The notes beneath the pieces were generated by a model. It saw only the letters and a program-made list of their open reading frames with translations, ran no database searches and was not told where the DNA came from. From contig NW_013657676.1 of the NCBI RefSeq assembly GCF_000142905.1, positions 558,001 to 622,000 of the forward strand: a DNA stretch of 64,000 nt, given 5' to 3'. The stretch comes from Thecamonas trahens ATCC 50062 (Eukaryota > Protista > Apusomonadida). Position 1 is the first letter of the stretch. Each line of letters opens with the position of its first letter. Below, piece by piece: positions 32,944 to 44,274 of this stretch. The translations under genes were made by a program, and so were the position numbers.

Positions 32944-33552
32944 ATGTTCGCCGCCGTCCGCACCGCTGTCGCCGCTCCATGGACGTGGAGCAGGGCAGCG
33001 ATAGCAATGCACCCAACAGTGTCTGGCAAGCGTAGCATGTCGACGCGAGTGGGATGGATTGGAACAGGAGTCATGGGTGCGTCTATGGCGAAACATGTGG
33101 CCTCAGCTGGCTTTGACCTCTCGGTCTATGCGCGGTCACCGGAGAAGCCAGCTGTGGTCGATTTGGTGGAAGCCACAGGCGCGCGTGTCTTTGACTCACC
33201 AGCGGAACTGGCATCCTCGGTCGATGTGCTCTGTTCCATTGTTGGGTTTCCTGATGATGTGCATGCCGTCTTGCTTGATGATGTTGACGGTGCTCTTGGC
33301 AAGGCTGTCACCAATCCGCCGTCGTTGGTCATCGATCTGACCACATCACAGCCGGCGCTCGCCCTCAAGATTGCTGCGGCTGCCCAGGCGCAGGGCTCGG
33401 ATGCTCTGGACGCGCCGGTCTCAGGTGGTGATGTTGGGGCGCGGAACGGCCAGCTCTCGATCATGGTCGGCGGCAGTGACGCGGCCTTTGCAGCTGGCCT
33501 GCCGATCCTGCAGCCTATGGCCAAGGTTGTGACTCACATGGGTGGGCCTGGA

Positions 33553-33584
<32 letters not shown>

Positions 33585-33954
33585 TGCCATCGCCGGCGGC
33601 ATGATCGGAATGGTCGAGGGCCTTGTCTACGGTCATGCTGCTGGTCTCGATCTCGAGACGGTGCTCGAGGCCATTTCGGGCGGCGCCGCCGGCTCATGGT
33701 CGCTCTCCAACTACGCGCCGCGGATGCTCAAGAGGGACTTTGCCCCGGGCTTTTACGTCGAGCACTTTGTCAAGGACCTCGGCATTGCCCTCGACGAGGC
33801 CCGTGCTATGAATCTCTCGCTCCCAGGCCTCGCTCTGGTCCAGCAGCTCTACCTTGCGCTCATCGCCCAGGGTGGCGCCGCCCGTGGTACCCACGCCTTG
33901 CAGCTCGCCCTCGAGTCGATGAACAACATCCAGATCAAAGACTACTCGGCGTAA
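32944..33954 (+). CDS. Beta-hydroxyacid dehydrogenase (3-hydroxyisobutyrate/tartronate semialdehyde reductase family), probably mitochondrial
   Basis: VGWIGTGVMG, DAPVSGGDVGA, catalytic K in GQHTKMVNQ, and FAPGFYVEHFVKDLGIAL. Arg/Ala-rich transit-like N-terminus. Confidence 0.93.
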
Positions 33955-33957
33955 CGC

Positions 33958-36831
33958 TCAGTTGGAGTGGGCCCGTCGCCCGCCGCCTCCCTGCGGCGAC
34001 GCAGGCAAGCGCCGTGCATCGGCCGCACCTCCGCCGTCACCAGCCGCCCGCCAGTAAATGGTATCGCCGTCGTTGAGCAGGTCTGCCGACGAGATGCTGT
34101 CGACAAAGCCGGCATCCTCAAGCTGTGATATCGAGAGCAGGACTGGCGGGCCGGGCGGCGCCACAGGATCCGGGTACGGCTCCGGCCCAGACACATGCCG
34201 CATCCGACCGGGCTTGCGCCCGGGCACCCGCCGGGTGCGGTACTTGCCCGCGGCAGCAAGTTCGGCGTAGCTCCCGCCGCCGCTGTGGAACGCGGTGTAC
34301 GAGGCGCGGACGTGGGCCTCGATCGCCGGCTGCGGCAGTGGCGGCGGGGCCGGAGCCGGCCGGTTGGCAAACGGGTCCTCCTCCTTCAGCAATGCGTCCG
34401 ACCCAAACTCGCGGAGGTGCATCCATGCCTGCGGGTCAACGGCCTGCACCAGCGGGTAGTCGATCGAGTCGATGAGCGGCACATCGCCGTAGAACCGCAT
34501 CGACTGCTCCAGCTCCTGGACTCGCGACGAGAGTATGAGCTTGACCTTGAGCAGCCGGTTGACTTCGGTCACCAGGTCCTCATTCTGCTGCTCTACAGTT
34601 GCGATATCTTTCGACACCATGCCCTGCGCCCGGGCCAGCTCGTATTGTGTCTTTTCGAGCTTGCCTTCCAGGCGGGCCACCTCGTACAACAGCTCCTCGA
34701 CCCGCGCGTCTGCCGTCTCGCACCGCTCGTGCATGGTGTACCACTCTTGCTTGACAGCAATCTTCTCGTCCATCAGATCCTGGATCATACCCGAGAGCGA
34801 GTCGACAAGCGCCGCGTTTTCGTCATCGTTGCCGAGCGCACCGCCGCTCCCGCCACCGCGCACTCGCTGAGGCGAGGCGACAAGCGAGCTCTGGACTGCT
34901 CTGCTGCTTCTGCCACGGCCACGCGAAGAGTCGCTCTCGTCGTCGCTTCCGTCCGAGCCGCGGGCGTCTGGCGAGACAACGACCATGGCGTTCGAGTCAG
35001 GCGCAAACTTCTCGACTCGGACCGAGACAAAACCGCCATCGCACCGGTGCCGGTTGAGCATGTCCTTGAACAAATCGCGCTCCGCCGTTGCCATGTCCAG
35101 CTCATCTTGCAGCATGGCGACCTCGTGCTCGAGCTCGGTGGTTCGCGGGTTGTTGACTAGGCTATCCTTCTCGTACAGCAGCTCGTAGAACTGCTGCTTG
35201 AGTTCGAGGAGCTCAAACAGGGTCTTGGACAAGTCGTGCTTGAGCTGCGCCTTTTCCGGATCGGCCTCGTCGCTTGCATCGTACGACTCGAGGACTCGCG
35301 ACGGCCGAGCCGGAGTCTTGGACGGCGAGACAAATGCTGGCGGGGCATCGGGCATACCAAAGAGCTGCCTTGGCGAGTCGTCGTTCTCGTCGCGCCCGCG
35401 TGATGGACCCGGTGGACCGAATCCGTCGTCCGGGAGCGGCTCCCCTGGCTTGCGCGTCGAGCCGAGGACCCGCACCCCGTATGCGTTGACAGCGTGCGGC
35501 GAGGGCGAGCCCCATTCAGCGGCAGCGACGGCGGCTTTGCGCCGGTGGTCCTCGAGCTTGCGCTCCCGCTCGGCGGCGGCACGGGCCTCGGCCTCAGCGG
35601 CGGCGGCCCGCTTAGCCTTTCGCCACCACCACCGCGGTCGGCGGGACGATGGCGATGCGGTGCCCTCGCTGCCAGAAGCGACTACGCCAGCCGACGGCGA
35701 CCGCGGGCTGCGAAACAGCGCGCTCAGCCGGCTTCGCAGTGCGCGGCGGCTCCGGACAGGCGTCTCTGACTCACTCGGTGTCGGCGAGTTGACCGAGAGC
35801 TCCGAGCCTGGCATCACGCCAGCGTCTGCATCATCGAGTGCTTCGTGCAGGCGCTGTTCCTGGGCGGCTCGTGCGGCGCGCGCGGCCGCGCGCGCGGCGG
35901 CGCTTTCGCCCTTGTCCATCTTGACCAAACCCATATCGGCGCGCAGCGCGAGCGCGCTAGTCGTCGAGCTCTTTAGCGCGGCGCGCTCGGCCTCGAGCTC
36001 GGCCTCGGAGCGGGGACGTGCGCGTCGGACCACAGTGCCCGAGTCATAACTGGGTGACGCCAGCGAGAGCGTGTCGTCCGAGTCTAGACGCGGCTCGCCG
36101 TCGGCCTCGCTTTCAGAGCCAGAATCGATCTCGTCTTTGCCCTTGTATCCGCTCGGGCTACCTTCAGTAGGCAGCATGAGCAGCATCGCGTCATGAGCGA
36201 GCGGATCTGTGTCTCCACTAACTGTTCGCCGCGGCGCGGTTGCAGACAGCGAGCCAAGTTGCGCAGGGGGCTCGTAGCGGCCGTACACGTCGTGGTTTCG
36301 AAGGCCGGGATCAAAATCGTCGATGACCTCGTGCGGCAGCGAGTCAAGGAGCTCGTCGTCGTCGACGCCAAAGGCTCCGACAGGCAGCGCACCGCCAAGG
36401 CTGGCGCCAAACGTGCCCGAAACCGATCTGCTGAGTGAGCTGGCACTCGAGTTGGAGCGGTTGAGCGAGAGGACTCCACCCGACTCACGCCCGGTCTTAG
36501 CCCGCACGCCACCGATCGACCTGGGCCGCACGCTTGGCGAGGCCTGGCCAGGGATCGGCCTCGCTTCTGAGACCGGCATTGCCAGCTGCCCATTCGAGCT
36601 CGTGTCAGAGGCCACACGCCGCTGGTTCGGAGACCCGTAGCTAGATGCCGAGGCCGGTGCACCCGATGTCCGCCTATAAGGAGTCTGTTGTGCCACAGGG
36701 CACCCGCATTGAAAGCAGAACGAGAACTGACCACCTGCATTAGGTTGCGAGGCGTAGAGGCATTGATTGTTGGCCATGGCGGTGATGGCGATGGTCATGG
36801 TTGACCATTGTTTGTCGTAGCCGTTGATCAT
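33958..36831 (-). CDS. Hypothetical coiled-coil protein with an N-terminal Cys cluster (FCFQCG)
   Basis: 957-codon ORF with heptad-rich segments (LKHDLSKTLFELLELKQQFYELLYEKD; LQDELDMATAERD). Start uncertain (36831, 36798 or 36777). Confidence 0.7.
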   Translation of the reverse strand: MINGYDKQWSTMTIAITAMANNQCLYASQPNAGGQFSFCFQCGCPVAQQTPYRRTSGAPASASSYGSPNQRRVASDTSSNGQLAMPVSEARPIPGQASPSVRPRSIGGVRAKTGRESGGVLSLNRSNSSASSLSRSVSGTFGASLGGALPVGAFGVDDDELLDSLPHEVIDDFDPGLRNHDVYGRYEPPAQLGSLSATAPRRTVSGDTDPLAHDAMLLMLPTEGSPSGYKGKDEIDSGSESEADGEPRLDSDDTLSLASPSYDSGTVVRRARPRSEAELEAERAALKSSTTSALALRADMGLVKMDKGESAAARAAARAARAAQEQRLHEALDDADAGVMPGSELSVNSPTPSESETPVRSRRALRSRLSALFRSPRSPSAGVVASGSEGTASPSSRRPRWWWRKAKRAAAAEAEARAAAERERKLEDHRRKAAVAAAEWGSPSPHAVNAYGVRVLGSTRKPGEPLPDDGFGPPGPSRGRDENDDSPRQLFGMPDAPPAFVSPSKTPARPSRVLESYDASDEADPEKAQLKHDLSKTLFELLELKQQFYELLYEKDSLVNNPRTTELEHEVAMLQDELDMATAERDLFKDMLNRHRCDGGFVSVRVEKFAPDSNAMVVVSPDARGSDGSDDESDSSRGRGRSSRAVQSSLVASPQRVRGGGSGGALGNDDENAALVDSLSGMIQDLMDEKIAVKQEWYTMHERCETADARVEELLYEVARLEGKLEKTQYELARAQGMVSKDIATVEQQNEDLVTEVNRLLKVKLILSSRVQELEQSMRFYGDVPLIDSIDYPLVQAVDPQAWMHLREFGSDALLKEEDPFANRPAPAPPPLPQPAIEAHVRASYTAFHSGGGSYAELAAAGKYRTRRVPGRKPGRMRHVSGPEPYPDPVAPPGPPVLLSISQLEDAGFVDSISSADLLNDGDTIYWRAAGDGGGAADARRLPASPQGGGGRRAHSN

Positions 36832-37140
36832 TAATCATTGTTTGTTGTTACCATTAATCGTTAAACATGGTGGAGCCACCAAGTCGGCCACAGAACGGAC
36901 AGAAAGGCAGGGGAAAGAGCGCGCGGGTGAGTGTGTACATGGTGAAGCAGGTGGAAATACATGGGTGCTCGAGTGTAGCATAAAGTCGGAACGTACGTGG
37001 CCAAGGGTCACCCCACACGAGGCGCACGACATGGCGGCGTCAGGTGGTGTCACTCGGTTCAGGATCGAGATCGTGCGGAGCGGCGGCAAAGTCGCTCCTG
37101 CGGATAATGGCCGGTAGGATACAGTAGTTTACAGCGGCGG

Positions 37141-40100
37141 TTAGGCCTGCGGAGCGACGGAAAAGTGACGGGCCGAGATGTGGAGGTGGACGTTGAGCGA
37201 GGAGAGGAGCTTGTACTTGCGCGCGACGGCGCGGTAGTTCGAAGCGCGACTTGGAGTGTAGCTCGGATCCTTGGCGATGCGGATGTAGAAGCGGAAGATG
37301 TTGCGGACAGTGTTGAAGCAGTCGTCAAAGACCGCGTCGCCGATGGCGAGGCCCGAGTACATGGCGGCGTAGCGCGGCCACGGCGGATGGCAGAGGATGA
37401 TCATGGAGAGCCGGACGATGGAGGCAGCGAGGACTGACGGCGGGTAAAAGGCGACGACGTACTCCATGAGGACCAGCTCGGCGAGGAACGAGGCGAGGTA
37501 CATGATGTCGGACCGCTGGAAGCCGAGGGTCTCGAGCTGGACCGATGAGAGCGAGGAGCCATGGATGGCGAGCGAGGGCGACATGTTAGCGAGGTCAATG
37601 CCGACCATGACGATGTATGTGTTGAGGTAGGTGAGCCCGATGATTGGCTTGAGCGTCGACCACGCGTCCGACGTTAGCTGCGCCAGCATGCTGCTCTTGA
37701 TGGCGCGCGCTTCGTCGAGGTTGTACGTTCCGTCACACATAAAGACGCAGTCGTCAAGCGTCAGCCGGTTGCCGTGGGTTTGCAGCGTCGAGATGTGCAT
37801 GGCGACGACGCCGACCAGCTGCAGCTTCTCGCGGGTCGTGGGCACTGCTGCGAGGTAGCGGTCGATGTAGTTGACGGCGTAGAAGAGGTTCTTGAGCTTG
37901 AGCGCAAACTCACCGAGAACTTCCGAGAGCCAGGCAATGAGGATGCCGCGCATCCGGGCGTTGAGCTCGGTCTGCACCACTTCGCCTGGCCCGGGCATCG
38001 GGGCATTGGGCAGTTCGGTCGCAAAGTAGTTGTTGAGCTTCAGCTGCTGTGCCAGCTTCTCGGCCGGCGAGAGGATGGGCTTGGCACCTGCGGTGACAAG
38101 GGTATGGACGACGTCATAGTGCATCTGGATCGAAGCCAGGCGCAGTGCAGTGTTGCCGGACGCATCGCAAGCGTTAATGTCAGCGCCGGCCTCCACCAGC
38201 ACACGCACGACATCGGCCCGGCCGCCCTCGGCCGCTAGCATCAGCGGCGTTGTGCCTTCGTCGAGCGGAGATGTGGCGTCGACGGCCGACCCGAGCTCGA
38301 GCAGTGTCACCACCGTTGCCTTTTGGCCCTCCTGAGCTGCAGCGTGCAGAGCGAGGATGCCGGTCCATGCGTCGGACATGTTGACAAGCTCACGGACAGT
38401 GAGCTCGTACTCGCGACTGCCGACGGCGGTTTCGAGCACGTCGAGCTTGACCAGCTCGAGAATGGTTTCGACATGCCCGTACGCAGCACAGACAAACAGG
38501 GCCGAGGCCAGTGCCTCTAGCGCGACGACCCGGGCGTCGCGCCAAGAGCGTGGATCCCACAGTGTGCCGAGCCCCGCGGCATTGAGCTCCTCAACCCGCT
38601 GCTTGGCACGGCGGCCCATGAGCCTAATGTCGCCCACCACAACTGGCGAGTGCGAGGCGACGAGTGACGGGACGGCGGCGCACGACGGGTAATGCGGCGG
38701 GGCATTGCCGCTGGTACCAGCAGCACCATTCTCCGAGTCTGAGCCTGAGTCATAGTCCGAGTCTGAGTCGTGATCGTGTGAGCCTCTGCGCAATGTTGAC
38801 GACGACTTGCGGTTTCCGCTGCCGCCCGCCGCGCTGCTCGCATCTGACGCCACCGCCATCAGCATGCACAGTGCAGCCATGGTGAGCGGGTAGGCGACCG
38901 GGGTCGGCGACACTAGCTGCGGCGCGCTGGAAATGACGCGGTCGGCAAGATGCGGCTCGTAGAGAGCGATGCCGCTGATCGCCACCGGGCAGTAAATCGC
39001 AGCCGGCGAGGCAGCCATGACGTCGAGGACAGGAAAGGCACGACGGGCCGAGACGCGCTCGCGCCAGAACAGCCGCGCCGAGCGCGGGGTCGAGAATACA
39101 AAGACATCCGAGGCGTCAACCGGAGCAGGCAAAGCCTCCATCAGGAGGCCGGGTACGTGGCCCCGGGTGGCGCGGCGCGAGGTCCGTGCTCGCAGTGCAA
39201 GCTCGTCCCAGTCGACAAGCTCGTCGAGGTTCGGGCCTGGGCGGCCGAGGAAGCCCGCAACATGAGCGGCGACCTGCAGCAGCTCGCGGCGCCAGAGGAT
39301 GGCACCAATGACCTCGCGGCTAAGCGCGGTGCACTTGCTGAGCAGGCAGAGGATGCGGCTGTTCATGGCGTACGAGGCGGCGTTGATGACTCGTGCCACG
39401 CTCGAGACTCGATGGGTGCTCGGCATGAGTGCCGAGTCGAGAACGTGGGCGACAGCTCGCGCCACCGCCGAGCAGTCGGAGCGGAAGAGCGAAAAGGAGG
39501 CGAGGGCGGCACGCGCGGTGCGCGACCCGGGCTTGCGCCCGATGCACGCCTCGATGACACCAATCAGCATGTCCCACACCTGCTCAGCGTCAAAGACCGG
39601 GACCGGAGTGTTTCCATTGGCACCGCAAACGAGCAGGTCATGGAGAGCACGGGTGATGGAAATCAACAGCCGCGAGCGGCGCTGGACGCCGATGGCGACC
39701 AGGGCGAGTAGCGGCTTGGTCACGTCGACATCGCGCACCACCAGGGCGCAGCGGACGACGACCCTGACAAACTTGTCGACGACAGTGGACTGCTTGCTCA
39801 GCTGCCAAATGCCAAGCGCCTCGACGATGAGGTCGAGGCCGCTTGGGGGCGCATGTAGGTCAGCGCCTCCAGAACCAGGCCCAGGATCCTGGTCTGCTCA
39901 TCAGCCAGCCGCGTGACAGGAGAGACAAGCTCGTTGGCGTCCTTAAAGTAGCCCGCGATGCGAGCAAGGAGCGTACACGCATGAACTTCGAGAATGTCGG
40001 CAACAACACGCCTGCTCTCGGGGCAATCGTCGACCATCCGTGCCCACGACACGACCACCTGCGACGGTGCCGATGACGTGCCCTCGATCTTCCCCATGAG

Positions 40101-40739
40101 CTCGAGGCTGTCGATAAAGTCCTTCGTTCCCTGGACAAGACCGCGCTTGGCCTTTTTGCGCACAACTGGACCGCCGCTGAGGCTCTTCATCCGCTTGGCG
40201 GCGCTCGGCCCGGCCGCGGCATCGTCCTCGGCATCGCTATCGGTGGTAGCCTCAGAGGCGAGCGGCGGATCATTGTCATTGTTGTTGTTGTTGTTGTTGT
40301 CGCCGCCATGAGTGGCGACCGACGAGGATGTTGTCGTGGCTGACTCGTTGCGCGAAGGGTGCCGGGACGAAGCGCGAGAAGAGCGGGAGCGCTTCCGAGA
40401 GGGCTGAGGCTCATTCTGCGACGAAAGCCCGACCTCTGAAGGGCTCCCACTCTCTTCCATTTGCATGGATGTCGGAGTGGTTGTTCCATGTGTTGGCGTT
40501 GTCTCGGGAACAGCCATGTCCGGGTGGCGAGTGGTTGAGGTGGAAGGCGGCGAAGATGACGGAGGAGGAGGCGGAGTGGGTGGCATGGCAGAAGGAGTCG
40601 ATCTTGCAGCCACGACGGTAGAGGAGGACATTACGGAAGAAACCGAAGGGTCAGCGTCATGACTACAACCATTATTACCTCTACTCCCACCATTGCTACC
40701 CATTCCCTCTCCCTCAACCCTATGCCTTTCCATGGACAT
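37141..40739 (-). CDS. Ankyrin-repeat + cyclin-fold fusion protein; apparent frameshift at 39845-39849
   Basis: Ankyrin repeats (ALHAAAQEG, TPLMLAAEGG, TALRLAS) precede a cyclin box (MRGILIAWLSEV, AVNYIDRYL, LQLVGV) and a cyclin C-domain (YLASFLAELVL, YPPSVLAAS, AVARKY). The frame of the 37141-39741 ORF stays open up to about 39845, where it meets the upstream ORF. Confidence 0.8.
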
Positions 40740-40986
40740 GATGGCTATGTAGAGTCTACCCAGTCAGCACCACACACACACACACACACTCTCTCTCTCT
40801 GTGCGACTCGTCCCCACTTTCCCGAGACGGTGCAAAAAAAGGTCGTGAAGTGGTGCCATCGAACGAGAGTTGGCTGTCTTGGTCATGTCACCTCGGCGAG
40901 CTCTCGACCCATCATGGGCTGTCTGCTCGCTCAGTCGCGGCCGAGTGAGCGGAGTGGAGCAGACCGACTACCACTGCACTTTAACC

Positions 40987-43320
40987 ATGGCTGGAAGACG
41001 GACGAGCACACGTGGGAATAAGGACAAGGGAAGCCATGGGAGTGCAGGTGTGGATGAGGATGTCGGGGAATCGTCGTCTTCTGTGGCTACTCCTCGTCGG
41101 AGTAGTGGACGTGTGAGTAGGCGGCCGGCTCGGATACCGACGAGCATGACCAAGCCGGCCAAGGCGGGCCAGGGGTCGCCCAAGGTGGGCAAGGGGTCGA
41201 CCAAGGCGGGCGAGGGGTCGGTGGGTAAGGGTTTGGGTAAGGCGGCCAAGACCAAAGCATCTGCAAGCAAGGCAAAGGCATCCGCAAGCAAGGCAAAGGC
41301 ATCCGCAAGCAAGGCAAAGGCATCCGCAAGCAAGGCAAAGGCATCTGCAAGCAAGGGATCAGGCAAGGCAGGCAAGGCAAAGGCATCCGCAAGCAAGGGA
41401 TCAGGCAAGGCAGGCAAGGTGGCAGGCAAGACGGCGGGCAAGGCGGCGGCTAGAAGAGGGACTCGCCGCTCGGTAGCCGTGCCATTCTACTCGGGCGATG
41501 CTTTTGTCAGCTCGGATGAGGGCGCGAGCTCAGGCAAAGACGAGATCGAGTCCATGGACGTGGCAAGTGGCTCCGCATCCGAGTCTAGTGCCGACGGCGA
41601 TTCCGACGACGATGATTTTGAGACGTACTCGGAGCCGAACGACGAGTACTCGTACACCGAAGCATACACTTACACCGAGGACGAGTCCGAAGGCTCCGAG
41701 GTTGGCGGCCACTCGCCGCTTTCGATGCTCAACCCTTACCGCAAGGAGAGCGCCAGCGCGGCCATGCGCCGGGTCAAAGTAGCTGTCCGCAAGCCGCGCA
41801 CAAAGCCACAGACCACTGCTCGCTCCAGCAAGTCCAAGTCGAGTAGGAGCAAGACGAGCAAGAGCAGGGGAACCAAGCGCCGCCGCGTCGACGACGGCAA
41901 GCTCATTAATGTGGCTGCCTTGCTGGCAGCCAAGACGCCGATTGCTGCCAAAAAGCCGCGGACCTCGCAGATGACCCGCGATCACCTCATGCGCTCGTTC
42001 TTTGGCTCGCGGACGCTAGAGCGCAAATCGCACGCCGCCGCCGCCGAGCGCGCACACATGCTCAAGCGAAGCCAAAAGTCAATGGCCGCCTTTCCGCTCA
42101 TCGACGACGGCGGCGAGTCGGGCGCCGACGAGCCCATCGACGAGGACGAGGTCGCTCGCATCAAGAGCATGTTCCTGCAGGCCCGCGCATCGCTGCGGCT
42201 CTCGGCTGTGCCCGCCACGCTGCCATGCCGTGAGTCACAGGCCAACGAGCTGCGGTCCAAGATCGAGACCTCGTTCCTGACCCGGACCGGCGGATCAGTG
42301 TTCATGGGCGGCTTGCCGGGAACCGGCAAAACTGCCACCGTCCACGAGGTCGTCCGCGAGTTGATGAGCGCAGCGGCCGCCGGCTCGCTTGATCCGTTCT
42401 GCTACGTCGAGATCAACGCCATGGAGCTGGCCACACCCAAGCACGCCTACGTCGCTATGGCCCGAGGTGTGTTTGGCGAGATCGAGGCGCCAAACCAGCC
42501 GCTCCGTGCTCAGCAGCTCCTTGCCAACGAGTTCAAGCATGCTGCCGAGCCGCGCGAGGTCGCCACCCTCATGCTGGTTGACGAGATGGACCTGCTTGTC
42601 ACCCGCAAGCAGACCGTCCTGTACAACCTCTTTGATTGGGCGGCGTCGCCCAACTCGCGTCTGTTTGTCGTCGGCATTGCCAACACAATCGATCTGCCGG
42701 AGCGCATGCTGCCACGGGTCTACTCGCGCCTCGGCGTCCACATTATTCGCTTCCCCTCCTACACCGTTGCCCAGCTCGAGACGATCGTCCACTCGCGGCT
42801 GGCCGAGCTCGATGCTTTTGCACCCACCGCCATCGCCCTCTGTGCCCGCAAGGTTGCGTCGATCTCCGGTGACGCCCGCAGAGCACTGGAGCTCTGCCGC
42901 CGCGCTGCCGAGCTCGCGGAGGCCGACCGCGAGTCCAATGTGGTCACGCCCGCACACATCTACGAGGCCATCAAGTCGATGATCTCCTCGCCCATCGCCG
43001 CCGCCATCTCGGGCGCCTCCTTCCACGAGCGTCTCCTTCTTGTAGCCCTCTTTCTCGAGTCGCGCTCGCAGGGCAAGGCCACCCTTGCCTTTCCGGACGT
43101 TGCGCAGCGGCACGTCATCCTCGCGCGGACCCACAACATCGAGCCGCCCTCGACTTCGGACCTCAAGGCCATCGTCTCACGCCTCGGCGCCACCCGCATT
43201 CTTCTCATCGAGGCGCCACACAAAGACCTTTACCAGCGCCTCCGCTTCAACGTCGCCCGTGACGACTTTGTCGCCGCCATGGCCACCGATCCTGTCCTCG
43301 GCCAGATTGTCCGGAAGTAG
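40987..43320 (+). CDS. ORC1: Origin recognition complex subunit 1 (AAA+ and winged helix, no BAH domain)
   Basis: ARASLRLSAVPATLPCRE, Walker A GLPGTGKTATV, VEINAM, Walker B LVDEMDLLVTRKQTVLYNLFDW, ANTIDLPER and SGDARRALELCRRA. Confidence 0.93.
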   Translation: MAGRRTSTRGNKDKGSHGSAGVDEDVGESSSSVATPRRSSGRVSRRPARIPTSMTKPAKAGQGSPKVGKGSTKAGEGSVGKGLGKAAKTKASASKAKASASKAKASASKAKASASKAKASASKGSGKAGKAKASASKGSGKAGKVAGKTAGKAAARRGTRRSVAVPFYSGDAFVSSDEGASSGKDEIESMDVASGSASESSADGDSDDDDFETYSEPNDEYSYTEAYTYTEDESEGSEVGGHSPLSMLNPYRKESASAAMRRVKVAVRKPRTKPQTTARSSKSKSSRSKTSKSRGTKRRRVDDGKLINVAALLAAKTPIAAKKPRTSQMTRDHLMRSFFGSRTLERKSHAAAAERAHMLKRSQKSMAAFPLIDDGGESGADEPIDEDEVARIKSMFLQARASLRLSAVPATLPCRESQANELRSKIETSFLTRTGGSVFMGGLPGTGKTATVHEVVRELMSAAAAGSLDPFCYVEINAMELATPKHAYVAMARGVFGEIEAPNQPLRAQQLLANEFKHAAEPREVATLMLVDEMDLLVTRKQTVLYNLFDWAASPNSRLFVVGIANTIDLPERMLPRVYSRLGVHIIRFPSYTVAQLETIVHSRLAELDAFAPTAIALCARKVASISGDARRALELCRRAAELAEADRESNVVTPAHIYEAIKSMISSPIAAAISGASFHERLLLVALFLESRSQGKATLAFPDVAQRHVILARTHNIEPPSTSDLKAIVSRLGATRILLIEAPHKDLYQRLRFNVARDDFVAAMATDPVLGQIVRK
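41253..41420 (+). repeat. 21-bp coding tandem repeat (KASASKA) in the ORC1 N-terminus
   Basis: About five AAGGCATCYGCAAGCAAGGCA units plus a duplicated KASASKGSGKAGK block. Confidence 0.9.
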
Positions 43321-43399
43321 CCCGCTGCGTTGTCAAATTTGTCCGTCTGTTCCGTAAAGGCTTCATTAACCCTTACCTTAGCCTGACGGCACGAGGCTC

Positions 43400-43897
43400 C
43401 CGTGCGCGGCGCCGACGTTGGACTGCGTCTCCTCGCTCGCCGACTCGGTCTTTGTCGCCGACAGCACGCCCCTCAACGTCTGTGCCGAGTTCCCGGGCGT
43501 CATCGACATCAACTCGGAGCTCGACTCGGCGCTCGCCGGCGCGTTCGCGTCGCGCGACATGCTCGTCCTCGCTCCTCATGTAGGCGTCGGCCACGTCATC
43601 CGGCAAGCACGCCCATCACAAGAAGATCCACAACGTCCTCGCGCTCCCCCGTCCGGCCGCTGGGTTTAACTTTGTGATGCTCTCCTTCCCGGTCGTCGGG
43701 GTCGCCACCGCGACGCCAGCTCGGGCGTGCTTCAGGCGGCCGTCTACGTGTCGGCCGCCATCACGTGCGGGCGCGCCTCCCACCTCAAGCTGCAGGCCGA
43801 GCAGGTGTCGCGTAGCGTCGGCCGGCGACCTGGAAATCAAGCATCATCGAGTTGTTCACCTTGAGACGCGCGACAACGCGTCCGAACGACCGTACCG
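43400..43897 (+). pseudogene. Degenerate coding fragment / dispersed repeat copy A
   Basis: Coding-like but frameshifted. 43613-43897 is clearly homologous to the reverse complement of 60021-60357. Confidence 0.6.
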
Positions 43898-44274
43898 ATA
43901 GCGGTTTAATTGCACTGTCGTCACCTGGGCTCGCACAAGTCGTCGGCACTCGACTCCCACTCCCACCTATGCACCGCGGAACTCGCCTTGCCATTCGCCA
44001 GCTACTGTCCACGGTTGCCGCGGCAGGTACGTCCCCACCGCTGCCTCTCCCTCGCTTCTCACACCCTTGCCTCTCCTTGTGAAGTACTCACTTGCGCATG
44101 GGGTTGTGTAGGCATCGGTGTCGCGCTCGGACGCTACGTCCTCTCGACCAAGGACGATCCGTCAGCTCCGCCGTCGCGGCCGCGGTCGCTGGAGGAGATT
44201 CTTAGCCCAGCCAGCGGGGAGCGGCCAAAGAGCAGCGAGTCGAGCCATGGCAAGTAGTGCTTGTACTGGCGGTG

